Assembly: GCA_965261595.1 (NCBI GenBank)
Contig: CBDHDG010000001.1
Location: 96,001-160,000 of the forward strand
Direction of reading: 5' to 3'
Source of the DNA: a bacterium
Lineage (GTDB): Bacteria > UBA8248 > JACPRG01 > G963555815
Length of the DNA: 64,000 bases
Every line of letters starts with the position of its first letter. Within the stretch, counting starts at the first letter, position 1. Below the pieces are notes generated by a model that made no database searches, was not told the origin of the DNA, and worked only from the letters and a program-made list of their open reading frames with translations. Position numbers and translations under genes: made by a program. Shown here in pieces: positions 39,779-48,938 of the stretch.

Positions 39779-40171
39779 ATGCCGAAAAAGCGCGTCAAGA
39801 GTCCCCGCGTCCACGAGCCTCCGGCGAAAACCTTCTCCCAGGCCCTCCGGAAGGGGAATCACCTGTTCATCGCGGGCCAGACCGCGAAGGATCCCAAGGG
39901 AAAGGTCGTCGGCAAAGGGGACGCCATCCGTCAGGCCCGCCAGGTGTTCCGAAGGATTCAGGCCCTGGTCGAGGCGGCGGGCGGAACCCTGCGCGACGTC
40001 TTGAAACTGACCGTCTACATCACCGACATCCGTGACGCCGCCGGCGTCCGAGCCGTGCGAAAAGAGTTTTTCAAAGGGGATTTTCCGACTTCGACCCTTC
40101 TTTGCGTGGCGGCCCTGGCCGACCCCGATTATCTGGTCGAGATTGAAGCCGAGGCGATCTTGGACGATTGA
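39779..40171 (+). CDS. Rid family protein lacking the catalytic Arg
   Basis: FSQA, IAGQ, LKLTVY, PTSTL, LVEIEA. Confidence 0.9.
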   Translation: MPKKRVKSPRVHEPPAKTFSQALRKGNHLFIAGQTAKDPKGKVVGKGDAIRQARQVFRRIQALVEAAGGTLRDVLKLTVYITDIRDAAGVRAVRKEFFKGDFPTSTLLCVAALADPDYLVEIEAEAILDD

Positions 40172-40374
40172 TTGCCGACGGGCCCCGCATAGTTGGCGGC
40201 CGTTTCGTTTCATCGGGAGGTTGATTGACATGAGAGAATGAGATTCCACATAACGCATTCGATTCGCTGTCCAATGCGGATCGGCTCAAGCCGGTCCCCG
40301 AGGCGCGCCAAGGTCGCGCCTTTTCGAAAACCCAAAGGCCGTTTCATCAGCCCGAACACTCAGGAGGGATCACC

Positions 40375-40770
40375 ATGGCCAAGAAAGTGCGAATCAAAAG
40401 CCCCAAGGTCGCCGAGCCTCCGCCCCATTCGTGGTCCCCGGCGCTGCGCGTAGGCGACCACGTTTACATCGCCGGACAGGTGGCCGTGAATTCAAAGGGG
40501 AAATCGGTCGGAAGGGCAGACGCCCTCGCCCAGGGGAGACAGGTCTTCAGGAACATCAAGGCCCTCGTCGAGCAGGCCGGCGGGTCGATGGAGGACTTGG
40601 TCAAGATCACCGTCTACCTCACGGATATCCGCCACTCGGAAGGGGTCCGTCAGGCACGGAACGAATTCATCAAAGGGGAGCCGCCGACATCGACCCTTCT
40701 GGTCGTCACGGCCTTGGCCTCGCCGGATTTCCTGGTCGAGATCGACGCCGTAGCCGTCCTGACGGATTAG
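40375..40770 (+). CDS. Rid family protein lacking the catalytic Arg (paralogue)
   Basis: WSPA, IAGQV, VKITVY, PTSTL, LVEIDA; GGAGG RBS. Confidence 0.9.
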   Translation: MAKKVRIKSPKVAEPPPHSWSPALRVGDHVYIAGQVAVNSKGKSVGRADALAQGRQVFRNIKALVEQAGGSMEDLVKITVYLTDIRHSEGVRQARNEFIKGEPPTSTLLVVTALASPDFLVEIDAVAVLTD

Positions 40771-40842
40771 CCGACGCGTCCGATAGCGGAACTGGGTCGG
40801 TGGACCCTTGGGGAGGTTGACCATCGACCCTTCCTTCCGGAG

Positions 40843-40864
40843 GCGGCGAAGATGGCCGCCCTAC
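40843..40864 (-). repeat. GTAG-type REP-like palindrome
   Basis: GTAGGGCGGCCATCTTCGCCGC on the minus strand, similar to copies at 54074 and 54128. Confidence 0.55.
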
Positions 40865-41056
40865 CGCTTTCGGAAGTGCGGCAGGCAGGTCCTTTGGCCG
40901 CGCCAAACAGACACACGCATGGGCATCTCCCCTCCAGGCGCGGGTAAGGCCAAGCCTAAGGCTTGGCCGCAAAAAGTTTTTCAGGGGGGGCCAGGGGGGG
41001 GCGGTTTTTCAAAAAAGCCCCCCCCTGGAGAAGCCGTGGACGGCGCCGTCTTTCCT

Positions 41057-42487
41057 TTAAGGAAACTTCGGCTCGGGAGACATCTTTTCCCGCCGCTCGG
41101 CGTACCAGGCCATGGCCCCAATGACCTCCACCGCCAGGGAGGAATCGTCGAAGATCGGAACCCGGGTCGGTTGCCCGATTCCTTCCGCCTCGAGATCCCG
41201 CTTCCACTGGTCGCTGGTCCGGCCACCGAAGAACAATCCGAAGATGGGTTTGTGCGGGTTCGCGGCGGCGGCGGCGCGGAATTCCTCCGCCAATCCCTCG
41301 CAAGCCGTGCTGGGCACGCCCAAAAGGATAAAGAAGACCGCGTCGGTGCTCTCGTCATCCATGGCGGCGCGGATCGACTCTCCCTGGATGCGGAGGTTGT
41401 CACCCGTCATGGCCGGCCAGAGGTCCACGGGATTCTTCACAGGCTGCCATTCCGGCATGAGGGCCTCCATCCGCGCGTGCGTCGGCTCGTCGAAGTCGGG
41501 AAGCGTGAATCCCGCACCCGTCAGCTGGTCCGCCGCCAGGACGGCCGCCCCGCCGCTGTAGGAAACCATCCCGACCCGCCGCCCCCGAGGCAGGGGTTGA
41601 AAAGAGAAACCCTTCAGCATCGCCAGGAAGCCTTCGATGGTCCGGGCCCGGACGATTCCGTACTGCCGGCAGGCCGCATCGAAGATCCGGTCGTCCGTCG
41701 CCAGGGCGCCCGTGTGCGCGGAGGACACCCTTTCCCCGACCTTGGTCCGGCCGGGCTTGAGGACGACGATGGGCTTTACGCGCTTCACCTCCCGGGCGAT
41801 GGAGAAGAAATCCCGGGGCCGCCGAATGCTCTCCAGATAGAGACCGATGACGTCCGTTTCGGGGTCATCCCGGCAATATTCGAGAAAGTCCACTTCGTCC
41901 AGGTCGACCTTGTTGCCGACGGCGATGCTTTTGCCGATGCCCAGCCGTTGGAACTCCTGGTCCATGATCTGGTTGGCCATGCAACCGGTGAAGTTGCCCG
42001 TCTGGGCCATGATGGACACGCCGCCGACCAGCCAATCGGAGGTGGCGACGAAGGCCCCGATGAGACGGCGGTGGGCGTTGGCCATCCCGATGGTGTTGGG
42101 GCCGATGCAGCGGACCCCGCTTTTTCGGATGGCCTCTCGGAGCTCCGCGTCGTAGCGGATCCCGTCGCCCGGGACCTCGCCGAACCCCGCCGTGATGATG
42201 ACCGCCCCCTTCACGCCCTTCTTCCCGCAGTCCTCGACAATGCCGGCGACGTGCTCGCGGGGGAGCAGGAAGAAGACCAGGTCGATCTCGCCCGGAACGT
42301 CCAGGACGGAGGGGTACACCTTCCGGCCGAGGATCTCCCCGCCCCTCGGGTTGATGGGATACACCTCGCCCTCGTAACCCGAGTCCAGAATGCTCTTGAG
42401 CAGGATGTTGCCCGATTTCTTCGGGTCGGCCGAGGCACCGACCACCGCAACCGATCGGGGCTCGAGCAGAGGCTTGAATCCCGTCAC
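41057..42487 (-). CDS. acetate/acyl-CoA ligase (ADP-forming) alpha subunit, CoA-binding
   Basis: PRSVAVVGAS, IGPNTIG, GNK.D, LYLES, phospho-His SAHTGALA, NPVD. Confidence 0.9.
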   Translation of the reverse strand: MTGFKPLLEPRSVAVVGASADPKKSGNILLKSILDSGYEGEVYPINPRGGEILGRKVYPSVLDVPGEIDLVFFLLPREHVAGIVEDCGKKGVKGAVIITAGFGEVPGDGIRYDAELREAIRKSGVRCIGPNTIGMANAHRRLIGAFVATSDWLVGGVSIMAQTGNFTGCMANQIMDQEFQRLGIGKSIAVGNKVDLDEVDFLEYCRDDPETDVIGLYLESIRRPRDFFSIAREVKRVKPIVVLKPGRTKVGERVSSAHTGALATDDRIFDAACRQYGIVRARTIEGFLAMLKGFSFQPLPRGRRVGMVSYSGGAAVLAADQLTGAGFTLPDFDEPTHARMEALMPEWQPVKNPVDLWPAMTGDNLRIQGESIRAAMDDESTDAVFFILLGVPSTACEGLAEEFRAAAAANPHKPIFGLFFGGRTSDQWKRDLEAEGIGQPTRVPIFDDSSLAVEVIGAMAWYAERREKMSPEPKFP

Positions 42488-43227
42488 CGCGCGTCCCCCC
42501 CCCCCTCGTCCTCTTCCGTCCGCGCCTCGTGCAGCCGAACCAGTCCGTCCGCCGCCAGAACTCCGCCAGGCCCGGCGAACAGCGGGTTGATCTCCACCTC
42601 GGCGATGTCGTCGGCGAACGTCCAGGCCAGGTCGGAGAGGCGGAGAAGCGTCTGTCGCAGCGCGTCCCGGTCCGCCGGCGGGCCTCCCCGAAATCCGTCG
42701 AGCAGCTTCCGGCCCTTGATCTCCCCCAGCATCTCGTCCACGTCATCGGGGCCGACGGGCGCGAGGCGTAAGGCGACGTCTTCCAGGAGCTCGACCCACA
42801 CGCCTCCCAGGCCGAACGCCAGGACCGGGCCAAAGAGGGGATCCGCCGTCGCGGACGCCAGGGTTTCGACGCCCTCCGCCATCGGCTGAACCGCGAAACC
42901 CTGAAGCTCGGCATCAGGGCGTAAAGCGCGGACGCGCGAATCCATCTCCTCGGCGGCCCGTTCGACCTCCTCCGGCGTCTTGAGTCCGGCCGCCACCGCG
43001 CCGGCCTCCGTTTTGTGGGGCAAATCGGCGGAGACCATCTTCAACACGACCGGAAGGCCGACCCGCTCCGCCGCGGCGGCCGCCTCCCCGGGGTCCGCCG
43101 CCCGCTCGGTCGGCAGAACCGGAACACCCGCGGCGCGGAGGACATCAAGCGCCTCCGGCTCGCTCAACAAGATCCTGCCCTCGGCCCGGACCGCGCCGAT
43201 GACGCGGCTTATCCGTTCAACGTCCAA
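42484..43227 (-). CDS. acetate/acyl-CoA ligase (ADP-forming) beta subunit, ATP-grasp
   Basis: PVVLK, HKTEAG, DPLFGP, GLGG, EINPL. Confidence 0.9.
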   Translation of the reverse strand: MDVERISRVIGAVRAEGRILLSEPEALDVLRAAGVPVLPTERAADPGEAAAAAERVGLPVVLKMVSADLPHKTEAGAVAAGLKTPEEVERAAEEMDSRVRALRPDAELQGFAVQPMAEGVETLASATADPLFGPVLAFGLGGVWVELLEDVALRLAPVGPDDVDEMLGEIKGRKLLDGFRGGPPADRDALRQTLLRLSDLAWTFADDIAEVEINPLFAGPGGVLAADGLVRLHEARTEEDEGGGDAR

Positions 43228-43346
43228 AACCTCTCCCTTACGGCGAAAGCGCTGACATGGCCCGAAAAGGAGCCGCGCAAGCCCCCTCCCCTCCCCCGCC
43301 CGGGCGCCCGTTGATGAGAATCCGGCGAAATATTCGATGGCGTGGG

Positions 43347-44126
43347 TTAATGAAGATACATCCGGTCCGGATCGAGCTCGTTCAGGATGGCGAGCTCCTC
43401 TTCCGTCGGCGGATCGGTCACTTCCACCCGGTCCGGAACGATGGGCGTGAACCCGGTGTTCTCAAGAACGTCTTCCACCTTGACGCCGGTATGCAGGGCC
43501 TCCAGCTTCATTTGCCGGGTGTCATCATCGAAGCCGAAGATGCACAGGTCGGTGATGACCTTGTGCATACTGCCCGTGATGAGACCGGAATCCCGCCGGG
43601 TGTCGCCGCCGTCCAGATAACCGGGGCTGGTGACAAAATCCACCTTCGCGACAAACCGTTTCTTCTCATGCGGCATGGCGACAATCATCCTGGCCAGGCT
43701 GGCGATGTCGTTCCCGCCTCCGCTGCCGGGGAGCCGCACCTTGGGGTGCGCGGGGTCGCCGATGAAGGAGCTGTTGAGGTTTCCGTACTGGTCCACCTGG
43801 GCCCCGCCCATGAACCCGTAATCCACGTAACCCCGCTGGAGGAGCGCGAGGACGTCCGTCGGGCTGGGCACCATGTTGGCCTTCCGCGCGGTCCGGGACT
43901 CATTCGTGGAGGGCGGAAGCCTGCCGGGCTCGATAAAGGGCCCCACCACGCCGCCCTCGAACAGAATGGTGAGGTCGGGGGCGTGCCTGCGCTGCGCCAG
44001 GGTGGCCGCGAGAAGGGGAATCCCCACGCCCGCGAAGAGAACCTTGCCGTTCTCGAGAATCCGGGAGCTCATGACCGAAAGAAGCTCGGCCGTGGTGCAC
44101 TCGCTCCGCGTCGCCGCTTCAGTCAC
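43347..44126 (-). CDS. family I CoA-transferase beta subunit (GctB-like)
   Basis: FAGVGIP, catalytic ILFEGG, AQVDQYGNLN, LPGSGGGNDI, DFVTSPG. Confidence 0.92.
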   Translation of the reverse strand: MTEAATRSECTTAELLSVMSSRILENGKVLFAGVGIPLLAATLAQRRHAPDLTILFEGGVVGPFIEPGRLPPSTNESRTARKANMVPSPTDVLALLQRGYVDYGFMGGAQVDQYGNLNSSFIGDPAHPKVRLPGSGGGNDIASLARMIVAMPHEKKRFVAKVDFVTSPGYLDGGDTRRDSGLITGSMHKVITDLCIFGFDDDTRQMKLEALHTGVKVEDVLENTGFTPIVPDRVEVTDPPTEEELAILNELDPDRMYLH

Positions 44127-45075
44127 TGTACATCCTCCTTCCCGCCTTCGAGGCTTCCATCACTTCCGAAAGGCCGACCCGGTCCAGGAAACCGGTCCAG
44201 TCTTCGGGCTCATAGACGTATTTCTTCATGTATTCCCGGGCGCCCTCCAGCCCCTCTTTCCGCGTCACCCCGGCATATTCATCCATGTGACTGTAGAAGG
44301 GCTCATAAAGGCCTGAGCACTCATGGGGAACACTCCCGTAAGGGACTTCCACAACGGCCTCCACGCAGAAGAACGGAATCTTGGTCCGGTCGGGCGCGCG
44401 GCGGATTTGATCGTTGCTGATGATCTGCTCGGTGGTGAGGATGACCTTCTCGGCCGCCATGGCGATGTCGGCGTCCATGAACGGAAGACCGTCATACTGG
44501 GCGTTGCCGTAAGCGTCCGCCCGCTGGACGTGGATGAGGGCCACATCGGGATTCAGGGCGGGCAGCAGGGCCAGCTTGTCTCCCGTAAAGGGGCAGACCA
44601 TTTCCTTGATCTCGTCCTGAACCAGGCGGGCCATATCGGACCCCATCATCACCCGGGTCGGCATGAATGGAAGTCCCAACGCCCCCGCCCGGTACATCAT
44701 GCCGATGCTCATGTGGCTCCATTCGTCGTAACGGACCTCGCCGGACTCAACAAAATGCCTCATCACCCGGGAGACGCCCCAGATGATTCCCTGGCTGAAC
44801 CAGCTGGTCAGGTAGTGCCGCGTGCAGCCGCCGGCCAGCAACAGGTCTCCTTCCGACGAGGTGATGTTCCTGGAGATCATCAGGTCCTTCTTCTTCTGCC
44901 GGACAATCTCCCAGACCAGAGCGAAGGGCGTGCGGGAGAAGGTGTTCCCGCCGATGGCGACATGATCGCCGTCCTTCACCAACGCCACGGCCTCGGAAAG
45001 CCCCATGACCTTTTCCCTCAACCCACGGTTGCGGGATTCCAGTCGGCTTCTCAACTCGTGGTAAGAGTGGCTCAT
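44119..45075 (-). CDS. family I CoA-transferase alpha subunit (GctA-like)
   Basis: EAV..VKDGD, AGA.GLPF.P, CPFTG, PDVALIHVQRAD.YGN. Confidence 0.92.
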   Translation of the reverse strand: MSHSYHELRSRLESRNRGLREKVMGLSEAVALVKDGDHVAIGGNTFSRTPFALVWEIVRQKKKDLMISRNITSSEGDLLLAGGCTRHYLTSWFSQGIIWGVSRVMRHFVESGEVRYDEWSHMSIGMMYRAGALGLPFMPTRVMMGSDMARLVQDEIKEMVCPFTGDKLALLPALNPDVALIHVQRADAYGNAQYDGLPFMDADIAMAAEKVILTTEQIISNDQIRRAPDRTKIPFFCVEAVVEVPYGSVPHECSGLYEPFYSHMDEYAGVTRKEGLEGAREYMKKYVYEPEDWTGFLDRVGLSEVMEASKAGRRMYSD

Positions 45076-45150
45076 GGAGTCTCCCATCAATGCCGCACCC
45101 CTGGAAAGAACCCGCGGGGGGCCTCGGATCGGCCAATCGTCAAAGCCGGC

Positions 45151-45312
45151 CTAGCCTTCCAGGACGGAGAAATCCGCCTTGGTCGCGCCGCAGGTCGGGC
45201 ACACCCAATCATCCGGGATATCCTCGAAGGGCGTGTTCGGGGCGATCCCCCCATCGGCGTCCCCCTCCGCCGGGTCGTACACATAGCCACATACGCCGCA
45301 TTCATATTTCAC
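45151..45312 (-). CDS. rubredoxin (53 aa, absent from the ORF track)
   Basis: Hand translation: [53 protein letters not shown]. Confidence 0.95.
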   Translation of the reverse strand: MKYECGVCGYVYDPAEGDADGGIAPNTPFEDIPDDWVCPTCGATKADFSVLEG

Positions 45313-45363
45313 TGGAAACCCCCATATCGAATGTTTCGAAAAGGTTCACGCCTTCCGGCCTCC

Positions 45364-45834
45364 TCACCCCATCAATTCAGCCAGGTGGGCCTTCCGGGCC
45401 GCAACCGGTTCCGCCCCCTCCGGAGCGTGGTATTGGATCCCCCCCGTAATGGGGAGATGAGGTTCCCTGTCCACCAGAACCTCTCCAACCTTGAACTCAT
45501 AGAGGGAGCAGCCTTTGAACGTTTCCGCGTCCTCCCGGACGACGGTCACACGTCCCTTGAGATAGTAGCTCATTTCCGGATCCACCGCGATGATCGATAT
45601 CCTGGGATCGCGGCGCATGTTTCCGGCCGTGGTGGTTCCTTTCCACAGGGCGAAGCGGATCCGACTTGCGTCGGGCGAGGCCATCTCGCGGTAAGAGAGC
45701 ATGGCCGGGTGCGGAAAACCCGATTCATCCAGGCTCAGAAGCAACATGGCCCGCCCTTCGAGGCGGGTCAGGTCCTCGGCGCAAAGCTTCTCCCGGAAAT
45801 CTTCCGGCACCCGATCGCCCAAACGTCTACTCAA
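45364..45834 (-). CDS. pyridoxamine-5'-phosphate-oxidase-like split-barrel flavin-binding protein
   Basis: SLDESGFPH, TAGNMRRDPRISI, YLKG; TTG start behind GGGAGG. Confidence 0.7.
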   Translation of the reverse strand: MSRRLGDRVPEDFREKLCAEDLTRLEGRAMLLLSLDESGFPHPAMLSYREMASPDASRIRFALWKGTTTAGNMRRDPRISIIAVDPEMSYYLKGRVTVVREDAETFKGCSLYEFKVGEVLVDREPHLPITGGIQYHAPEGAEPVAARKAHLAELMG

Positions 45835-45851
45835 CGGAAAAAGCCTCCCAG

Positions 45852-45934
45852 CCCCGAGCGACGCGCTCCCGGAGCGACGCGCCCCCCGAGCGACGCACCC
45901 GCCGGTGCAACGCACCTGCCGGAGCAACCCACCC
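45852..45934. repeat. degenerate tandem repeat, five units of 16-17 bp
   Basis: gagcgacgc at 45856, 45872 and 45888; gtgcaacgc at 45905; gagcaaccc at 45922. Confidence 0.65.
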
Positions 45935-46088
45935 TGTGTTTAGGCCTGAACCATCTCTTCACGCGCGAACCTTTTCCACCGCTTCCCGCTCGGGAACGGC
46001 CCACTCTCTAACACCAGCCCGATTCAGTGTCAACGAAGTGCGAAGGCGAAGCGGGAAGGCGACAAAAAGGGCGAAGCGGGCGGTTTGA

Positions 46089-46547
46089 TCAATTCGGACG
46101 ATCAGTCCAGTCGTTCAGAAACGCCAGCAAGAGGTCCGTTTCCGTGATCAGGCCAATCATCTCCCGGTCCCTCTCCTCGGTGACAACCGGCAGGCAGCTA
46201 ATCTTATGCTCCAGCATGAGCCGGGCCGCCTCGGAGATGGGCGCATCGGGCAAGATGGTCCTCGCGAGCGGGGTCATGATCTCCGAGACCTTGATCGACT
46301 CCTGAAACATCTCCCGGTCGGAATCGCTGTGCTCCAGCAGCGTCGTCAAAGAAGAGCGCAGCAGGTCCCGCTGGCTGACCACGCCGACCAGGAGTCCGGC
46401 CTCCACCACGGGCAGGTGGCGGATGTTACCCAACGACATGATGTCCTCGGCCAGTTTCATCGTCTCGCCCAACGGGATGGACACCACCTTCTCACTCATG
46501 TAATCCCTAACCTTGGGCTCGGAGGCCTCGTTTTTCTTTGCGGTCAT
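46089..46547 (-). CDS. CBS-domain pair protein
   Basis: VRDYM, IRHLPVV, VSEIM, ISCLPVV, GLITETDL. Confidence 0.92.
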   Translation of the reverse strand: MTAKKNEASEPKVRDYMSEKVVSIPLGETMKLAEDIMSLGNIRHLPVVEAGLLVGVVSQRDLLRSSLTTLLEHSDSDREMFQESIKVSEIMTPLARTILPDAPISEAARLMLEHKISCLPVVTEERDREMIGLITETDLLLAFLNDWTDRPN

Positions 46548-46849
46548 CGCTTTTCCGTGGTGTATAGGACTTCGTGGATTTCAAGCGCGCTCGGGCCGGC
46601 GAACATTTCCTTGGACGGGAGATCCGCGTGGACCTCCTTGAAAGCCTCGCTCCGGGTCCAGGCCTCGAAGGACGCCATGTCTTCCCAATAGGTCTTGACG
46701 ACGTAGGCATCCGCCTTAGACGGCCGGAGCAACTCGTATCGATTGAAACCGGGGCTTTTGTCCACAAACCCTTCCCGGTTCCGAAACCGTTTCTCGAATT
46801 CCTCCTCGTAACCCTCGGCCACGAAAATCCGGTTGGCAACGACAATCAT
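46544..46849 (-). CDS. ABM-domain monooxygenase, IsdG/HmoB-like heme-degrading family
   Basis: VANRI, FEKRF, PGF, TYWED, FEAW..S..F..VH; Asn/Trp/His pattern of the IsdG family. Confidence 0.8.
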   Translation of the reverse strand: MIVVANRIFVAEGYEEEFEKRFRNREGFVDKSPGFNRYELLRPSKADAYVVKTYWEDMASFEAWTRSEAFKEVHADLPSKEMFAGPSALEIHEVLYTTEKR

Positions 46850-47421
46850 ACCGTGATTCTCCAATCAATGGCGGGCTGAGCCGCAATGGGCGAACCTTCC
46901 GGGGAAACCCGCCCCAAACAGAGGCAGAATCTTACACTTTCCGGCGACAAAATTCCAAATTCCCGCGAGACCAATCCGCACCCGCTGATGGACGCCCGCG
47001 GCGAAACAGACGGGCTACGAGAAGTGCGGCCTAAGATTCGGCCAACCACTCCGGCCATCCCTGATGGGCCAACCCGGAGCTGGCGTTCAGGATGACGCCC
47101 CGGCCGCGGGAAACATCCCCTTCAAGGCCGCCCGGCACTTTATTCCCCGCCTGAGAAAACGTCTCACATCCATGTGACCTTATTCAGGAGAATCCCGGAA
47201 AAGAATTTCCGAAGGGCTCAAGCCTGCCGGACTCCCATCCGATAAGAAAGTTATTGGGACCTCAATTGGGACCAGCCCATGAGCAGTTCCTCCCCGTCCC
47301 CCCGCCGGTCGACCCCACCGGCGGGGGGATCCTCCCCTCTCTTCCAGGAAGTCCCGTTGGCGAATCCCAGCGTCCCCCGGCCAGTCCGACTCAATCGCGA
47401 TTCACACCCCTCCTCCCACGC

Positions 47422-47438
47422 TTGGCACTGGTTTTGCA
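47422..47438 (+). promoter_or_regulatory. sigma54 (-24/-12) promoter
   Basis: TTGGCACTGGTTTTGCA matches TGGCAC-N5-TTGCA exactly. Confidence 0.75.
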
Positions 47439-47524
47439 CCCTTTTAGCGGGTAATGCGAGCCTGAGGAAGGCCCTCCAGGCTCACCTGACCACCGCATGG
47501 GCGGACGGTCAACAACATTCCTCA

Positions 47525-47716
47525 ATGGGAAAAGCGAGCCAAGCAATGGAACGGGAGAAGGAAAACCTGGGAATCTCGGGACCTTGGGTCCTTCAGGAAG
47601 TCATCGACCTCCAGAACGAGTCCTATCTTCTGACGGTCGGAGGGTTCTTGGAGTTCAGCCCCAAATCACTCATTGTTTCACTAGACGCGCTGGGCTTCGT
47701 CATCACGCCGAATTGA
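47525..47716 (+). CDS. small hypothetical protein (about 56-63 aa)
   Basis: ORF directly downstream of the sigma54 site; no motif recognised. Confidence 0.4.
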   Translation: MGKASQAMEREKENLGISGPWVLQEVIDLQNESYLLTVGGFLEFSPKSLIVSLDALGFVITPN

Positions 47717-47990
47717 TCATCCCGCAGTCATAGAAAATCGGACCGGGGGCCGTCCCGATAGAGGGGCGTCCGCCGTGCATCCGCTGTCCAAATGGGCCGA
47801 GGCACACCTTCGGCCCCTTCCTTCGCTTTCATTCCTTCTGAAACAAGACCCGCCGATCGCGATCCGAAAGCGGAAATAATTTCCGGCCCCCCGTCATTTT
47901 TTCTCCAATCGGACGCACAGCCGGTCCTCATCACGCCGCCTTTTAAATCTTTTCAGGCGATCTCGACCGCTCCATGACCGGGCGGGCCGG

Positions 47991-48007
47991 TTGGCGCCGC
48001 ATGTGCA
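47991..48007 (+). promoter_or_regulatory. putative second sigma54 promoter
   Basis: TTGGCGCCGCATGTGCA with correct GG-N10-GC spacing. Confidence 0.5.
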
Positions 48008-48062
48008 TCTATCCGCAATCATATTGCCGAAACGGGTAAACACCAATCAAAGGAAAAAACCC

Positions 48063-48263
48063 ATGAAGCTCCGAGGCATCTCCCCCATGCAGCCCATCTG
48101 TGAAATCTGTGACGAGGCGCTGGACCCCGACAAAGTGGGAAGGGTCTTTCAGAACAGCTTCTACCATGATGCGTGTTTTCATCGGGACCGGGGAACGCTC
48201 GGCCAGGAACCCGCCGAGCCCGCGGGGATCCCGGCGGAAGCCGCCGTCTCGATCGTAGAATGA
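48063..48263 (+). CDS. small putative zinc-finger protein (CxxC-x18-HxxC)
   Basis: CEIC...FYHDACF; AAGGA RBS. Confidence 0.55.
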   Translation: MKLRGISPMQPICEICDEALDPDKVGRVFQNSFYHDACFHRDRGTLGQEPAEPAGIPAEAAVSIVE

Positions 48264-48378
48264 AACGCGCCTTTCACCGCGCAACCGCAGCAATCCCCGC
48301 TCGCCCATCCGGACAAGATTCCGAATTCTGAATGGATGGATTGCAACCGGCGGGAAGCACTTCCGCGAAAGGGCGCCC

Positions 48379-48903
48379 TCAATACTTGATCAGGGAAAAA
48401 ATGTCGTGATCGCCCAGGCGGTCCCTGCCTTTTAGAAACGTGAGCTCAATCAGAAACGCGAATCCGACTACATCCCCCTTCAACTTGTGGACCAAGTCCG
48501 ACGTGGCCGCGGCCGTCCCTCCGGTCGCCAGCAGGTCATCCACCAGAAGCACCCGATCCCCCTCCGAGATGGCGTCCTCGTGGATCTCCAGCTCGTCCGT
48601 GCCGTACTCCAGCTCATACAGCGTCTTGACCGTCCGGTAAGGCAACTTGCCCGTCTTGCGGATCATGATGATCCCCGCGTTGAGCTTATACGCGAGCGCG
48701 GCGCCGAAAACGAAACCGCGGGCCTCCGCGCCCACCACCAGGTCCACATTCTGGTCGATATAACGGTCTCCGATCATATCGATGGAGGTCGCAAACGCCT
48801 TGGCGTTCGACAACAGCGTGGTGATGTCCTTGAAGATGACACCCTTCTTGGGAAAATCCGGAACGTCCCGGATCATGCGCTTCAGGTCATCGATGTCCCA
48901 CAT
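48379..48903 (-). CDS. apt: adenine phosphoribosyltransferase
   Basis: PDFPKKGVIFKDIT, EARGF, YELEYG, VDDLLATGGT. Confidence 0.97.
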   Translation of the reverse strand: MWDIDDLKRMIRDVPDFPKKGVIFKDITTLLSNAKAFATSIDMIGDRYIDQNVDLVVGAEARGFVFGAALAYKLNAGIIMIRKTGKLPYRTVKTLYELEYGTDELEIHEDAISEGDRVLLVDDLLATGGTAAATSDLVHKLKGDVVGFAFLIELTFLKGRDRLGDHDIFSLIKY

Positions 48904-48938
48904 TCGGCCTTCTCCGTCTGTTTTTTCAGAACCGGCCG

